Positions 39,003-52,900 of a stretch of 64,000 nucleotides of DNA are shown piece after piece (position 1 is the stretch's first letter; the number at the start of each line of letters is the position of its first letter). The notes beneath the pieces were generated by a model, which worked only from the letters and a program-made list of their open reading frames with translations, searched no databases and was not told the DNA's origin. A program made the translations under genes and the position numbers. The DNA is taken from NCBI GenBank assembly GCA_001179505.1, contig CDMY01000227.1, positions 310,001 to 374,000 of the forward strand, in the 5' to 3' direction. Origin of the DNA: Vitrella brassicaformis CCMP3155 (lineage: Eukaryota; Protista; Chromerida).

Positions 39003-40023
39003 TCACAGGGCCTTCTCCCTGTCCGCGGCCGCCATCTCCAGCCGGTCAAGAGCCGCCTTGGCCCTCAACTCACGATCTGCAGCACCATCCACCCTGTCCT
39101 TCGTCTCCTTCTCTGCGCCACCCTTATCCCCTCCCTCCCCACTGCTGCTGCCGCCCCCGCCCAGCCAAGCCCCGGCAGCGGACCACAGCAACGGCCTCTT
39201 CTGCTCCTTGTTGGTGCTGGCGGGCTCGCTACCGCCTCCCAACCGAAAGCCTTCGCCCTGGAACAGGGGCTGGCTCGGCTGAGAGGCGGCGGATGCGGCC
39301 TCGGCCGCCGATTTGTTCCTCTGCTGCCGGTCGAACTCGGGAGGCAGGAGGCAGGAGCAGAACTGACCCCACCATGCCAACCTGCACACGCAGCGGACAC
39401 CGACACACGACACACGAAACACAGAGAAATGATTGGTCAAGTGCCGGCGTGTGAGGTTGTGTGTGTGGGGTGCGGACCTGTTGATGGAGGCGGGTATGCC
39501 TCTCTTGAGGACGGCCTTGCTGAGCGCGTCGCTGAAGTGGTTGCAGTTGCGGCGGATGAGGTCGTACTCGTCGGATTTGAACTCCAGCCGAAGCTGGTCT
39601 ATCTTGGATGTGATCTCGGAGCGCGACAATGTGGTCTCCCCCAGCATCATGGAACCCCGGAACCGGCCGTCAGGCGCTGTCTTGGGCACACACTCATACA
39701 CGCCTGCAGGCAGGTGCCAATGAACGGGCAAACCGACCATCAGTGGCCGTCCGCACACTGAGGAAGCGGGCTCTTGCTCAGCGTGGCGTTGCCAGTGCGC
39801 TGTCGCTAGGTACCTGCTCCGTCGCCGAAAGAATACTCGATCCCCTCGATCTCCACTCCTGTGTGGTAGAGGCCGCAGCAGGGGTTCTCCTGCGGCACCA
39901 GGTCATACACTGCACAACAAACACCACCAGCCTCCGAAACGTCGTGATGCTCCTCGCACCTGCTTTCTCTGTGTGCGTCCTACCATTGAGCTTCAGGACT
40001 ATCGGTGATCCTTGACGAGGCAT
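39003..40023 (-). CDS. PPPDE/DeSI-family desumoylating/deubiquitinating cysteine peptidase (DESI2-like)
   Basis: LN|VYDL, GLYHTGVEIEGIEYSFG (catalytic His), YDLIRRNCNHFS (catalytic Cys), INR|LAWWG. Confidence 0.92.
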
Positions 40024-40324
40024 TATGCTGCTCCTTACGTGTCAGATGACGTCGATTTGTCGTTATCTCTTCTCTCCATGCTTATTCTATCTGGGTTTTT
40101 GACCCTTCAAACCCTGCTGCTCCGAAACCCTGCACACACTTTTCGCGTGGTGGGGTTCATTGCAAAAACGGCCGGACAGCATTCATTCTGTAGTGCATGC
40201 ATGTCTGAAGTGTGCATGTCTTTCCAAGAGGTATACAGGCGCACGCCCACGCAGCCATCCCGTCTCCTTCCACTGGCACCCACATCATGCAGCAAGCAGC
40301 CCGTCCAACACTCTCACTCCCCCC

Positions 40325-43300
40325 TCAGTCATCGAATCGTGCGGTGATTTGGAGCGTCTGCCGCACCCCCTGCACATTGGTCAGCAGCGCCTGCAGGTCC
40401 TCCTCGATGTCACCACCACCACCACCATAACCCCTCAACAGCGGCTGCTGATGCTGATGCTGCTGCTGCTGCACACCCGGCCCCCGAGAAGACACCGTCA
40501 CGCCTGCCATGTGCAGCGCCTTGCCGCGCCCCACACCCACACCCACACTCTTCCCTTTGGTGGGACTTCCCCGTACCAAGCCTCTCCCACCAGCACCGCC
40601 GGCGGCAGACACGGCACTCTTCACCGACGGCGGCCGACTCCCCTTCGGGCGGACAGCTATTTGTGAAGTGCCGCCGATGACTTTCCGGCCAGTGAGGGAC
40701 TGCTGCGACGTCTGCTGCGCCTTGGGGCGTGCTACTGTGGGCGACGGGGGGTGCGTGGCGCTGCCCGCTCTGGATGAGGGTCGTGAGATGGAGTTGGCTG
40801 CAGATGGGTTGAGTGAGGGAAGCGGGCGCGGCTGCATGGGCAGCTCGTCTGACGGCCGACAGATGGGCGAGGGCGGCGGCTGGTGCTGCTGCTCCTCCTC
40901 CTCCTGGCCCCCTTCTGGATGATGGTTGTCGAGACACAGCGTCGCATATGCCCGGCCGTGGAAGAGGATAGGCTCGGGCCCTTCCGCAGCCACATGCTGT
41001 TGACCCTCGATGATGAGCTCCTCTGATCCCCCTCCCTCTCCCTCCGCAGCATGCCCCTCTTCAATGGCCGGGTTGATCTCGATTGAGTCCCCTCCTGCAG
41101 CAGGTGGGTCGTCCATGAGTGAGCACGACAGCGCACCGCCGGTGCCGTCATCGAGTTCGAGTGGCGCGCCGAAATGAGGGGTGGGGGCGTGGGGAGGGGG
41201 GTCGAGGGGTGGCTCGGTGTAGGCAGGTTCCTCTGGTGTCTGTGTGTGCTGTCTTGTGGCCTGCAGCGCCGCCTGGAGGGTGGTGGCGAGCTCGCGCTGC
41301 GTGTCGATGGTCCTGGCTTGGGTGAAGACGGTCTCAGACAACTGAACACATCGAGGGTAGCATTGCACAACAATGCCACACACAACAGACACAGGGGAGT
41401 GAGCGAGTTGGTGCACGCGTCAGGCTGTCTGCTGGTGGGGTGGTGTGGGTGGGATTCCCACCTCGTCTATGCGAGCGGCTTGTGTGGCCCGCTCAGCTTC
41501 CAGCGTGGCCTGAAAGGGAGACGACGGACGCCTTCCTTGGCTGGCACTCTGTGTGTGTGTGTGTGTGTTGCCTGCCTGCAGTTGTTCGATCTTCTGGGTG
41601 GCTTCCTGCTGCAGCTGCCTTGCCTGCCGCTCGGCATCTCTGAGCTGCTTGACGCGCGAACGCTCGTTGGCCTCTGCTCGATGCAGCCTGGCCTGCACAC
41701 GCATCCACCCAACAGACAGACACAGAGAGAGATGAACACACACACGCATGAAGACGCATGAGGGCTGTGAGTGCGTGCCTGGAGGTCCCGTATGCGGGCG
41801 TTGAGTTTGTCCTGGATGGATGTGCGCTCTGTGAGCTGTGCGGCCATACTCCGCAGCTCCCTCTGCAGGGAGGTGTTGGTGCTCACGGCATCGGTCTTCT
41901 GACGCTGGAGCTCACGCACCTGACGGACCAATCCGTCCGTCCATCCATCCATCCATCCACACACACAGAGAAAGCGAGAGGGATGTGTGCAGAGAGAGAG
42001 AATGAGAGCTATGCAGGGATTCGGATTCTTACCTTGGTCTGCAGCTGTGTGGCCGACTTCTCCGTCTGTTTAAGGCGTTCCGCAATGTCGACCCGCAGCT
42101 TCTGTTTCTCGCCCTGGCTGGCCTCGAGCTGCCGACGCACATCCGACAGATCCTCCTCAAACCTAATGAGCGAGCGCATTGGTCGAAGGCAATACAACCA
42201 CACTCGCAGACACGGTCGGCTCACGAAACAAGTGCCAGCTTGCTGACTTTTTGCGTGCCTCGTCGGCCTGGTTCTTCTGGTTGGTCATTTCCTGGGCCTC
42301 GGCCGTCTTGGCGGCGATGGCCTCCCTCGCCGATGACACCTCTGCCTCTAGCCGATCCTGGATGGATAAAGGTGAAGTGATGGTTAGCTAGCACGGGCTA
42401 CGACTGTGAGGATGGATGTGCAGTGCGTGCCTTCATTTGGGTGAACTGGCTGTGTATCTGGGACCGGAGCTCCTCCAGCTGTTTCTTCAGGGTCTCGGAG
42501 TCGGCATGGCGGACTTTATCTGATATGGTGTGAGTGATTGTTAAGAGGCAGTCACACCACCAGTCGTCAAGAGGTTTCCTTGTCTCTGTGTGGTGTGCGT
42601 GTGTGCGTCTGGATTCCCTAACCTGCGTCATCGGTTAGGTGGCAGAGCTGCTGCTCCAGGCTGCGGCAGCGCTCCTCCAACTCTGAAACACACACATGAC
42701 ATCAAAGCTTGTTGCTCAGGGAAGGACTCGATCCGTGTCTGTCTGTCTGTCTGTCTGTCTGTCAGTACCTACCTTTGCACCTCCGGCCCCTCTCCTCGGA
42801 TATCTGAGCAGCCGCCTGGAGGGACGTCAGCGCCTGGACGAAAAGGCAAATCAAGGGAATGCCATCAATGGCTGGCCTCTTGTTGCGTACCTGCAAGAGC
42901 TTCTGCGTCTGCTCCTCCAGCGACCCATCCCCATCCCCACCGCCACCAGCACCAGCACCAGCACTCCTGCATCAAACAACATGAAAGTGCTTTACTGGCA
43001 GGTGATAGATGTACTGTGGTTGTGTTGTGCCCACCCTTTATCGTCAGTGGTCTGGCCCTGCGATGGCTCGAGTGACCAGATGTTGAGCAGGTGCTGCAGC
43101 CCACTGAGGATCTCCTTCACCCACTGATCGACAGAGCTCCCCAGCGGCGTGTCGGGTGGCGCGGCGCTCTGCAGCCTCCGGAACTGGGAGGCCAGCCGGC
43201 GGACCGATGTCTGCAGACTCTTGCTCCTACACACACATATGCCGACACACAACGGCTGCCTGAAGTGTGTGTCGTCTGTTGGTGCGTTTGGTGTTACTTG

Positions 43301-44380
43301 ACGGCGAGCTCCTGTTCCATCTGGGCAAGGGAGTCGCGGAGGCTGACATCAGTAAGACACACGCAGAGAGAGGGAGAGGGAGAAAGTGACACAGTGCCCG
43401 CAGCCTGCGTTGCGTTGGGTGACTCACCAGTCGAGTGAGTGTCCGGTGGAGTTGCGCTGCTCCTCGCTGGCCGCCTGGTGCTCATCCAAAGCCCTATAGA
43501 CACTCACACAGAGAGAGATGCATCTATGTCTGTTCGAATGCCGACATTCTCTCTCATTGTCTGCCGTACTTCTGCAGACGTTCGTTGTCTTGTTTGAGCT
43601 GGGCGGCGTCCATCTCGGCCTTGTCGCGGTCACCCAGCAACCGCTGCAACTCTACCTATGGGTGGGTGCATCAACCACACAGAACACTGAAGCGTTATCT
43701 GCCTCATCCACTCACTCACTCAGGCCATCTCACACCTTGGTCTCGTTGAGCGCGTTGGTCGCCTCACCTGCGGCCGTCCGATGCCGCTCTGATGGCCAGA
43801 AATGGAGTCCGTCCGTCAATCACACCGAATCGATCCATTTCGTCCACCGTCATGCATGTCACCTTATGTGTGCTTTGGTTTGCGTTGCCTTGCCCACCTG
43901 CTTCCTTTGCGTTGTCATCGGCACGGCAGCGGGCGGTCTCCAAGGCCTCGCGAGCACTGATTGACGGATGAGTGATGCATACCACCAAAAAAAGCAAAGG
44001 ACAACCAGCGCCACCACTACATGCATCCCTTCCAACACATTTTGCTGACCCTTCGCCCACCCACCTCACCTCCTGAGTTCCTGCGTCACCGACTGCAGGG
44101 CGTTGATGGTGTCCATGCTGTAGACCAGCTGATGATGCCGCGACGATTTGGTCCCGCCGTGCAGCGCAGAGGACGATGAAACAGATGACGACAGCGGGCT
44201 GTTTGGCTGAGGGAGGCTTCTATCGCCAGTTGGCGGGCTCAGCCGAGCGCCTGCTGCTGCCGATGGTGCTGGTGCCGCAGATGCATCGGCGATGAATCCT
44301 CGACGGCCGAAGTGGGGAGTGGTGTTGTGCGATTGGGGTGGGCTCCTGCTCTTGTCCGATAAGGCTACGATAGACATCAT
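40325..44380 (-). CDS. Large hypothetical coiled-coil protein, many exons
   Basis: Serial heptad exons: LIRFEEDLSDVRRQLEASQGEKQKLRVDIAERLK, VRELQRQKTDAV..ELRSMAAQL, LRDSLAQMEQELAVK. Pro/Ser/Gly-rich tail. Confidence 0.65.
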
Positions 44381-44484
44381 TCATCTGCACGCTCAAAACG
44401 TGTAACTTGTCGCCGCTCTAACGCAACAACGCGACACGTGTTTGGATGCTCTGAGGCCTTCGGATCTCGCACCGCGCTGCTATC

Positions 44485-45742
44485 ATGGCTGCTCCTTTGC
44501 TCGTTGCCGCCACTATCCTGGCAATCGGTGAGTCGGGCAAAGGCGAAGATCTGTCTCACCTGTCGCAGCACCAGATCTGTGGCTTGTTCTCCCTTGATCA
44601 GTGCTGGTCTCAGAGGCGTCGATCAAGTACCACCACCGCCATCATGGCGGCAAGCATCATGGCTACGGAAGCAAGACCATTACGCAGGGGTGCCCTCGGC
44701 TTTGCGACTGTGAGACGGACTGTCCTAGCAATGGCGGTGGGCGGCAGCTCAAGGGCAAGAAGCATCATCACAAGAGCCACCACAAGAGCCACCACAAGAG
44801 CCACCACAAGGCCGTCAACTACGGCAAGTGTCCCACTGAGTGCATCTGCGAGTTGGAGTGCAAGGACGGCGGCGGGATTGTCAAATGCAAAGAGACCGCT
44901 GACTGCCCCAAAGGCCTCGTGTGTGTGGATGGAAAATGTTCGTGAGAGGGGGGGAAGGACACAAAGAGACCAACCACACTGATCCATTCACCGCTCACAA
45001 ACACACACACACGTGTCTCTGTCTGATGTGTCTGTTGTGGATGCGCCTCTGGGTGTGGTTTGCTTCTGTATGTGCAGGTGTGGCTGAAGGCGGCCCGACC
45101 GACTGTGTGGCTTTGGGCGGGGAGTGCTTCAGCCAGTCCGAGTGCTGCTCCGAGACATGCAACCTCTTCACAGTCCCTGTCCTGATGGGCACGTGCGCCT
45201 CGCCCAACTGCTGCGTCGACCCCCCGGATCCGTGTGTTATCGTGCCCGATGGCAACAACGTCCCTTGCTGCGCCACGGGTGTTGAGCCGTCTGTCAAGTG
45301 CGATGTGCGCCCCTGTAACGGCAACGTCGGCTGCTCTGACGGCGGGTTTTGCATCGATGGCTTCTGCAACCCAGCTCTCAAGGATTGCTGCGGGTTTCCT
45401 GGGTTGCCGATATGCCCTGGCAAGGATTGCGGCTCGGATGGTGCCCTCCCCTGTCTGGACTGCTGCACCAGCGAGGCGGCCCTGGTGGATGGCCTGCCTG
45501 TGTGCCCTGGGCCGTGCGGCATTGTGGACTCCGACGAACCTGGTGTGGCGGAGTGCTGCTTCTCGGACATTGACTGCGCGGGAGAAGCCATTGCGCCCCG
45601 GTTTTGCAACGCCGAGAACCAGTGTAAGAGGATGATTGTGACTTGTGTACTCGTGTGGCTGGTATGCATGTCTCATCTGGCTCCGGTGTGATCAGGTGAG
45701 GTCTCGCCAGGACCCGAACCAGAACCCGAACCAACACCCTGA
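44485..45742 (+). CDS. Secreted cysteine-rich, His/Lys-rich protein (4 exons)
   Basis: Signal peptide MAAPLLVAATILAI|VLVSEA. (HHKS)n repeats, two CPxxCxCExxC motifs and a Cys-dense third exon. Last exon EVSPGPEPEPEPTP*. Confidence 0.8.
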
Positions 45743-46742
45743 GCTGTGGTTGGTGTAATTAATTGCGAGGCTCTCTGAACTTGACGCTCATACGTGAATT
45801 TCTTCGTTAAATGAATGAGCGGTGTGTGGTCTTCTGGTTAGTGTCGTTGCGGCACGTAGGTGTAGACGCATGTCAGCCGGTCAAGGCAGACAGACAGACA
45901 GACAGGGAGACAGACAGGGAGACATGCAGAGAAATGTGGCGTCGTGTGCCTAATTAGCGGTGTGTGTATGTGTGTGTGTGTGTGTGTGAGGGTGGGAAGA
46001 TTGGTAGACAGGCCGGAATTGCTGGATGAATGATGAGGCGCGGGTGAATGAGCCACCTGTGTTTGCGGTGCACGGTGCTTCTGACTACCCACGCCTATTA
46101 TTAGTTGAGTTGAGTCCTGACTGACATGAGCTAACATGAGCTAAGAGAGGGTGACTTCGATGATCGTTCAAGTATGACCATTGGATGAGCTGAGCACTCA
46201 TGCAGCTGACAAGCACGAGAATCCCGCGCATGTCCTCATCCATCCATCCATCTGGCTCTTCGCATACACAGTTAACATATTCAATTTTCACCTGCGAAGA
46301 CAGTCCTCTGGGTTGTTCCGTCTCGTCGGCCCGATACCCAACCCGCCCGAACTTGAGCACACCACGAGTCAGCGTGTGTGCTCGACTTCAGATGGGCTTG
46401 GCACCGTGACAAGACTGACGGGACAACACACGCATCCATCAACACACACACACACACACGCCATCAGGTCATCCCGGCTCCCTTGGCCACGTCATGGAGT
46501 CTGTCTGTCGACTCATCGCCATCCACGCAAAAGCAGTACACGTGCGTTGTGTGCCGGACTCGAAAAACCAGACTCCATGCCCACGTCAAGCTTCAGCAAG
46601 AATGGGCACCTCTGCTGGACTGACTAAATGCCTCAGTGAGCCCGACACACACACACCACAAAAAAGGGCGACCGGCCGCCACCAATCTATGCACAACCCC
46701 CCCACGGCAAAACACGGTACCTTCCTTCGTCCATTCATTGAT

Positions 46743-47377
46743 TCACTCAGCCGCCAGGTCAGCCACAGTGGGCTGCAAGGTCCTGATGAGATCGTCCACG
46801 GCCATCCTCAGCACCAGCTGGCGGCTCCCCCCATTGATGTACACGAGCTCCATCTCTCGGATGCCCTCCTCCATGTACACCGCCATTGCCTCCCGGGTCC
46901 CGAAGGGGCTTGTGCCGCCGAAGTCGTACCCAGTGAAGCGTGCGGCCATGTCTGCGTCGGCCGGCTTGACGTTCTTGACGGACGCGCCGAGCTCTCTGGC
47001 GAGTTTCTTCTTGTCCACCTGATTGATGCGCACAACCGAGTCAGAGGCCAAACGCACCCATCGTATTGGGGTGTGCGCGTGTACTGTTGCTCTCTCTTTC
47101 CGTCTGTGACTGACTGACCGACCTGTTTGTGTCCGTGCATGAGCACCAAGCAGGGAGAGTCGACACCGTACTTGAACACCATCGTCTTGACCAGCTTGTC
47201 GGGCTCGGTGTTCATCTGCCGCGCAAGCACATCGCACAGGCTCTCGCCGCCATCGGGCTTCTCATAAGTAACGGAGATCTTCTCGAACGGCACGTTGTGC
47301 TCACTCAGGTAAGCCGTGGCGGCCGTCGAGGTGCCCTCCGCGTCTGATGCCGCGCTTGACTCTTCCAGTGAGCCCAT
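46743..47377 (-). CDS. ybaK: YbaK/EbsC Cys-tRNA(Pro) deacylase-family protein (one intron)
   Basis: KLVKTMVF (catalytic Lys), LVLMHGHKQ|VDKKKLA, TGYDFGGTSPFG, VYINGGSR. Confidence 0.9.
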
Positions 47378-48255
47378 TTCTCATCGCAGCAGAAATTTCA
47401 CGGTTTACCCTAGCGTCAGAATATGCGAGCTTTCGAGGTTTTTCTGCCGCGCCCGCGCTTCAACCGGCCCTCAGCAGGCTTCTGTCTTCCGTGCTGACTA
47501 GGGATCTGTGCAGATACAACCCCTTGCCTTCTCAGTTTGCTTTTTCGGCCCAGTGCTGCTGCACAACACTGCCAAGGGCCTGGCTGTCGTCTCTCACACA
47601 CCTGAATCGCCCATCTGCCTTCCTGGTATGCATGCGTGTGGACACGGAAAGGGAACGAGGACACGAAAATGGACGCATATGTGCGTCGTCGATGTGCTGT
47701 TGTGGTGTGGTATGGCATGGCAGGTTGTTTTTCGCACTCTTCTGTCGCCTCGCTGTTCCGTTTGGGTGCGCTGTACAATACTATCTGGTTGGCAAGCGCA
47801 CACACTGACTGGATGGCTGGCTTATGAGTGTCCATCGTGTTGGTGGTGTTGTGTGTGTTGGTGGCAGGTTGGTTTTCGCACCCTCCGTCGTGTCGCTTTT
47901 CGTTCGGGTGCACTTTTGCCATCACTTTCTGGTGCGCATCAAGGCAGACAGACAGACAGACAGACAGACAGAAAGACAGACAGGCATCAGACACACCGAC
48001 CACACACACCACACTGTCTGTGTGGCTGCCTGGCTGTGCATGCGATGTCCTCAGACGTGGTATGTGCTTTTGCGGGTCGTCTGCGAGTTTGGCAGCGGCA
48101 GTTCCCTGCCTTGTCAACGCTCACAGCGCCCCTTGGTTGAGCTCGCTGCATGACCGGCACTGTCTGAGGACTTTCACGACAGACGTTCATTCATTCAATC
48201 GCTCTCCCTCCCCACGCTTGAGTCAACCTGTGTTGATCTAGACCATCTCCTTCGG

Positions 48256-49212
48256 ATGGTCTGAGCAGAGCACAAGAAAGCTCCTGTCTTCCGTGCTGAA
48301 TAGGGATCTGTGCAGATCTACCCAATCGTTATGATTGTGGCCAGCGGCCCGCTGCTTTTCTTCGTGGCTGCTGCTCATCATCAACACGACGCCTTCATCC
48401 CCCTCGCACAGCCGCTGACCAGCAGCCAACGGATTCGGCAACCGAGAAAGCAGCGACTCATTGACAGAGCCCTCCCGCGCCTTTCCAGCATCGCTGCAGC
48501 CAGTGCAGATGAGTCAGCCTTTGAAGTGGCAGCCAAGACGGACCACTTCCGTGTCCTCATTGTCCCATCCGAGGCCCCTTCATCTGACGTGCCGGTGCCT
48601 CTAGGTGGCCAGCTGCAAGACATTCATCTGCGTCTGCATGACGGCTGGGGCACCGGAGCCCATCCATCCACCCGCCTATGCATGGAGTTCTTGGAGCGGC
48701 GTGTCAGGCGCGGCGACGCTGTGCTCGACTACGGTGTGGGCTCAGCGATCCTGAGCGTCGCTGCGGCCAAGTTGGGGGCGTCGCATGTGCTGGGTGTGGA
48801 CATTGACGACGACATCCTGACCAACGCCCGTGAGAACTGTCGGCTCAACGGTGTGGACGGATGTGTGGAGCTGATGCACACGCGGGAGGTGGTGACGGGC
48901 GACACGGCGATCTCAGGCCGCTTCGACGGGTGTGTGGCCAACATCTTGGTTGGCCCGCTGAAGCGGCTGGCTCCCGCGCTGGGCGATGCTGTGAGGGCAG
49001 ATGGGTGGCTGTGTCTGTCGGGCGTACGGCCCAGCCAGGTGGACGACGTCATGCAGGCGTATAATGTGTTCTATGACTTTGATCACAAGGCCGTCCGGAC
49101 GGGTGTGCATGACGTGTACGGGGAGTGGGCGTGTGTGGTGGGGCGGAGGAGAGAGAGGGGGGAGGGGGAGGCGCGAGAGAGGGAGTATATGAGTGACCTT
49201 GCCGTGTCATGA
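48256..49212 (+). CDS. prmA: Ribosomal protein L11 methyltransferase PrmA-like with bipartite (signal + transit) leader; start 48256 (spliced) or 48331
   Basis: GWGTGAHPSTRLC, VLDYGVGSAILSVAAAKLGA, GVDIDD, CVANILVGPL, LCLSG. The hydrophobic leader ends DA-FIPL, which suggests plastid targeting (inference). Confidence 0.88.
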
Positions 49213-49940
49213 ACTGAACGGTGGACGGAACGTGTGAAGGAAGCGAGCGGATTGAGGACAGACAAGCATTCACTGAGAAAAGTTGTGTGTGTCAGTCACT
49301 GTTCATCTGTGGGAACCCGCAGACGCACGCGAACACGCACGTCCACAAACACGCACCTGCGCACACAAATACTCACAGTGCATGATGGAGTATGCCGAAC
49401 GTCCTTCGCAGGCTGCCTGGACCCCTCAGTGCTGCACGGCTGCAACATTCGCATCAAAACAATCTTGCGTCGGATTTGAAACCGACGTGGGAATGTCAGA
49501 TGCCGCCGGTACAGCCGTGCAGCACTAGGGTGTCCAGCCAAGCCACCAGGCTCACATAGCATGGTCGGTGCTGGCCTGGCTGTCGTGTTTGCTTGATTCA
49601 GGAGTGGTGATCTGATCTATATGTTGTCTCCCGCACCACCCATACAGAATGCATGATCTGTATGTATCGACAAGAGCAGCGGCGGGCGCAGCGCTCCACC
49701 CCCCACCTGTCTGCCCCCCCCTCCCCTCCCCTCCCATGCGGCGAGACTGACTGTATCTATGCACACAGACACACAAAACAGTCCGGGGCCACAGATGGAT
49801 GGCCAGTCAGGGGCGGCACTGCACACCCTTAAAACCCCCTTGTGCTGGGGTTGATGTCTATGGTGTGGCCACAAATCCTCTCCCCTCGCCCTCCACCCAT
49901 CCCCGGCAGGCCATCCTATGCTACAGGTGTGGACGCTACG

Positions 49941-52900
49941 CTACGCCTTTCCGGCTCGCCGGCCTCCCCGCCCCCCGGCCAGCCATTGAAAAAGGAAACA
50001 CAACAAACCCACAGACAGACACACAGACAGATGGACAGACAGACGGGCAACCCAGAAAACCCGCACATATCGGTGTGCCGGGGGAAAGATCAGACGGACA
50101 GAGAGATCGAGGCAGAGAACTAGAGGCGATAGGTCACTTGGAGACGGTCCTCTCGCAGGCCACCGAGTGCTGCATCGTCTGAAGGAACCGACCAATGGCA
50201 GACAGACAGACAGACAAGGAGAGAGATGTGTGTGTCGAGAGCGGGCAGTGCACTGTGGGCACGCCTCCCTCCCTCCCTCCCTCCCGGCCTTGATGACGGT
50301 CTGGCTTACCATGACGACGGCCTGGTTCATGTCTACGGGCACCTGTGTGGCCATGATAAAGTCCTCCAGCACCTTGGTCTTGTAGTCATCCAAACGGCCC
50401 TGCTTCACAGACCTACACACAACACACACACACACACACATGAGTCTTCCCCCCCTTGTGCCTCCCTCCCTCCCTCCCTCCCTCTGTCCCTCTGTCTGTG
50501 CAGCCCTGGGCACTTACATGAAGTTCCATATGACGGCCATGCTGCCTGTGGACGTGATGATGCCGTTCTCCTCCCCATCTGCTCCGTATGAGAAGTGCGC
50601 GGGGGTGAAGCAGACGTCGGTGAGCTTGTAGCGGATCCAGTCCTCGTTCTTGAGGGACAGCTTGTAGGGCCGCGGCTTGAGCTTCCCCAGCGACTTCTGG
50701 AAACCCGTCTTGTCGCTGTCGCGCAGCTTCACCGGCAACACCACCAGGTAGTGATCAGTCGTACCTGAATCGATTCAACACACACGCAGCGGGAGGAGGA
50801 GATGAGATGTCAGACATGCTTCCCTCCCTCGCGGCCTTCCTCTCCCTCTTTCTCTATTCTCTCACCGACAATCCAGTGTCCGTCTCGCGTGGCCGTGACG
50901 GCCGTGAGCGGGTCCCCCAGGCCGGACACGAGCGTCTTTGCGATCTTGTACTTGCCGTCGCGGTTGGGCTTGCCGTCGTAGAGGCGGAATTCGCCCATTT
51001 TGTTGCCCAGGACGATCTCCTCATCCTCAGTCGTCGCCCCGCAGGTGAACTGGGGGTTGCTGGCGTAGGTCAGGGTGTGCTGCCGCGGCCGGGGGCCGAC
51101 CTTGGTGTCCAGCTTGAAGAAGGCACGCGAGCTGTGGCCCACCAGGTGCTGGGTGCCGCGCTTCTCGGCGCCCTTGTAGGACGGCATGACGTTGTGCATC
51201 TGACAGACAGACAGAGGGGGGNNNNNNNNNNNNNNNNNNNNNNNNNNNNNNNNNNNNNNNNNNNNNNNNNNNNNNNNNNNNNNNNNNNNNNNNNNNNNNN
51301 NNNNNNNNNNNNNNNNNNNNNNNNNNNNNNNNNNNNNNNNNNNNNNNNNNNNNNNNNNNNNNNNNNNNNNNNNNNNNNNNNNNNNNNNNNNNNNNNNNNN
51401 NNNNNNNNNNNNNNNNNNNNNNNNNNNNNNNNNNNNNNNNNNNNNNNNNNNNNNNNNNNNNNNNNNNNNNNNNNNNNNNNNNNNNNNNNNNNNNNNNNNN
51501 NNNNNNNNNNNNNNNNNNNNNAGGGAGGGCGAGTGGGTTGTTGTTGATGGGTGTGTGTGGTAGGGTTGTGGTGCTTACGGGTATGTCGTTTTCGTATTTG
51601 GCGACGACGGTCTCGCGCTCGATGTCCATGAGGTAGAAGCTGTGGGGGTCGTGCTCCGGCCGCAACACGAACTTCTCCTCCTGCACAACCAACGATACCA
51701 CCATACACAGAGAGAGAGAAAGATGTGTGGGTGGGTGGAGAGGCGATTCTGTTGTGTTGGGTCGTGGGGTCGGTCGGCTTACCGAGTCGAAGAGCAGGCT
51801 CTGGGCGACGTCGAACTGCTCGCCCTGCCACGCCAACTGCACTCACAGATGCACACAGACAGACACGGACGGACAGACGACAAACGAGTGTGTGATGGGA
51901 TGTCGTTGGCGCAATTGGTGGGTGACGAATGTGCTTACACACCCTGCTTCTGTGGATGCTGGCGCTCTGCTCCAGACCACCTGGCGAGTTGGGGTTGGGC
52001 CTGACCACACACACACACACACACACACACGCGCAGGCGGTCGTCCACCTATGGAGCGAATGCATTGATGTGGTGATTAGGTGTGTTGAGTGTCGAGGTA
52101 CCTGTAGACTTTGACGCTCTTGGTTCTGTATCCCCCCCGTCTGTCCTTCTGTGGCGTGCCGGCGAGGGCGTATGTGCGGTCGGTGCCCGCACACATACCG
52201 AAGTGCACATCCTCATCGCTGCCAACACTGACACACAGACACACACAGACACACACAGACACACACAGACACAGACACAGACACAGACAGACACACATGC
52301 GGACAGACAGTCTGTTTGTCCAGTGTTTTTGCGCATGTGTGATGTATGTCAGCGTACCGGTCCGGTTTGCACTTGACGGGCGTCTGTCTGTGTTCCTCCG
52401 CCTCCTCCCAATCCATCTCCTCCGCCTCACCTGTGGGACACACACAACACACCACACCACACCACACCACAACACATGCAGGAATGCCACGCCAGCCACC
52501 ACCCACACCGTCCCTCCCTCCCTCCCTCCCTCCCCGCTCACCCACCCTGGTCCTCAGCATCGAACATGTCGTCATCGTACATATCCCCCTCCCCCGCCTC
52601 ACGCCTCGCCCGCCGCGCCTTCTCCACCAGCGTCTCATCCAGCTTCGCCAGGAAACTCTCGCGCTCAGGCACAGGCACAGCCGTGAACACCACGGCGTAC
52701 ATGCGGCGGTTCCCCGAGCCGTCCCTCTCGGCCCCAAAGAACGACAGCTGGTCGCCGTTGGCGCTGGGTCTGAGGTTGAGGTCGTTGGAGAGGGTCTCTT
52801 GGTAGAGCAGACCCTCCGGCCCCTCGAATGCGCGGATGGACAAGAACGCCTCCTGGTCGGAGGCGCGCTGGCTGATGGTCAGGACGGCCTGCTCGGCGAC

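Noticed and set aside
46743-49212. ybaK + prmA as a horizontally acquired bacterial operon
   Set aside because: The genes are divergent, ybaK has a spliceosomal intron, prmA has a eukaryotic targeting leader, and codon usage looks like the neighbouring genes.
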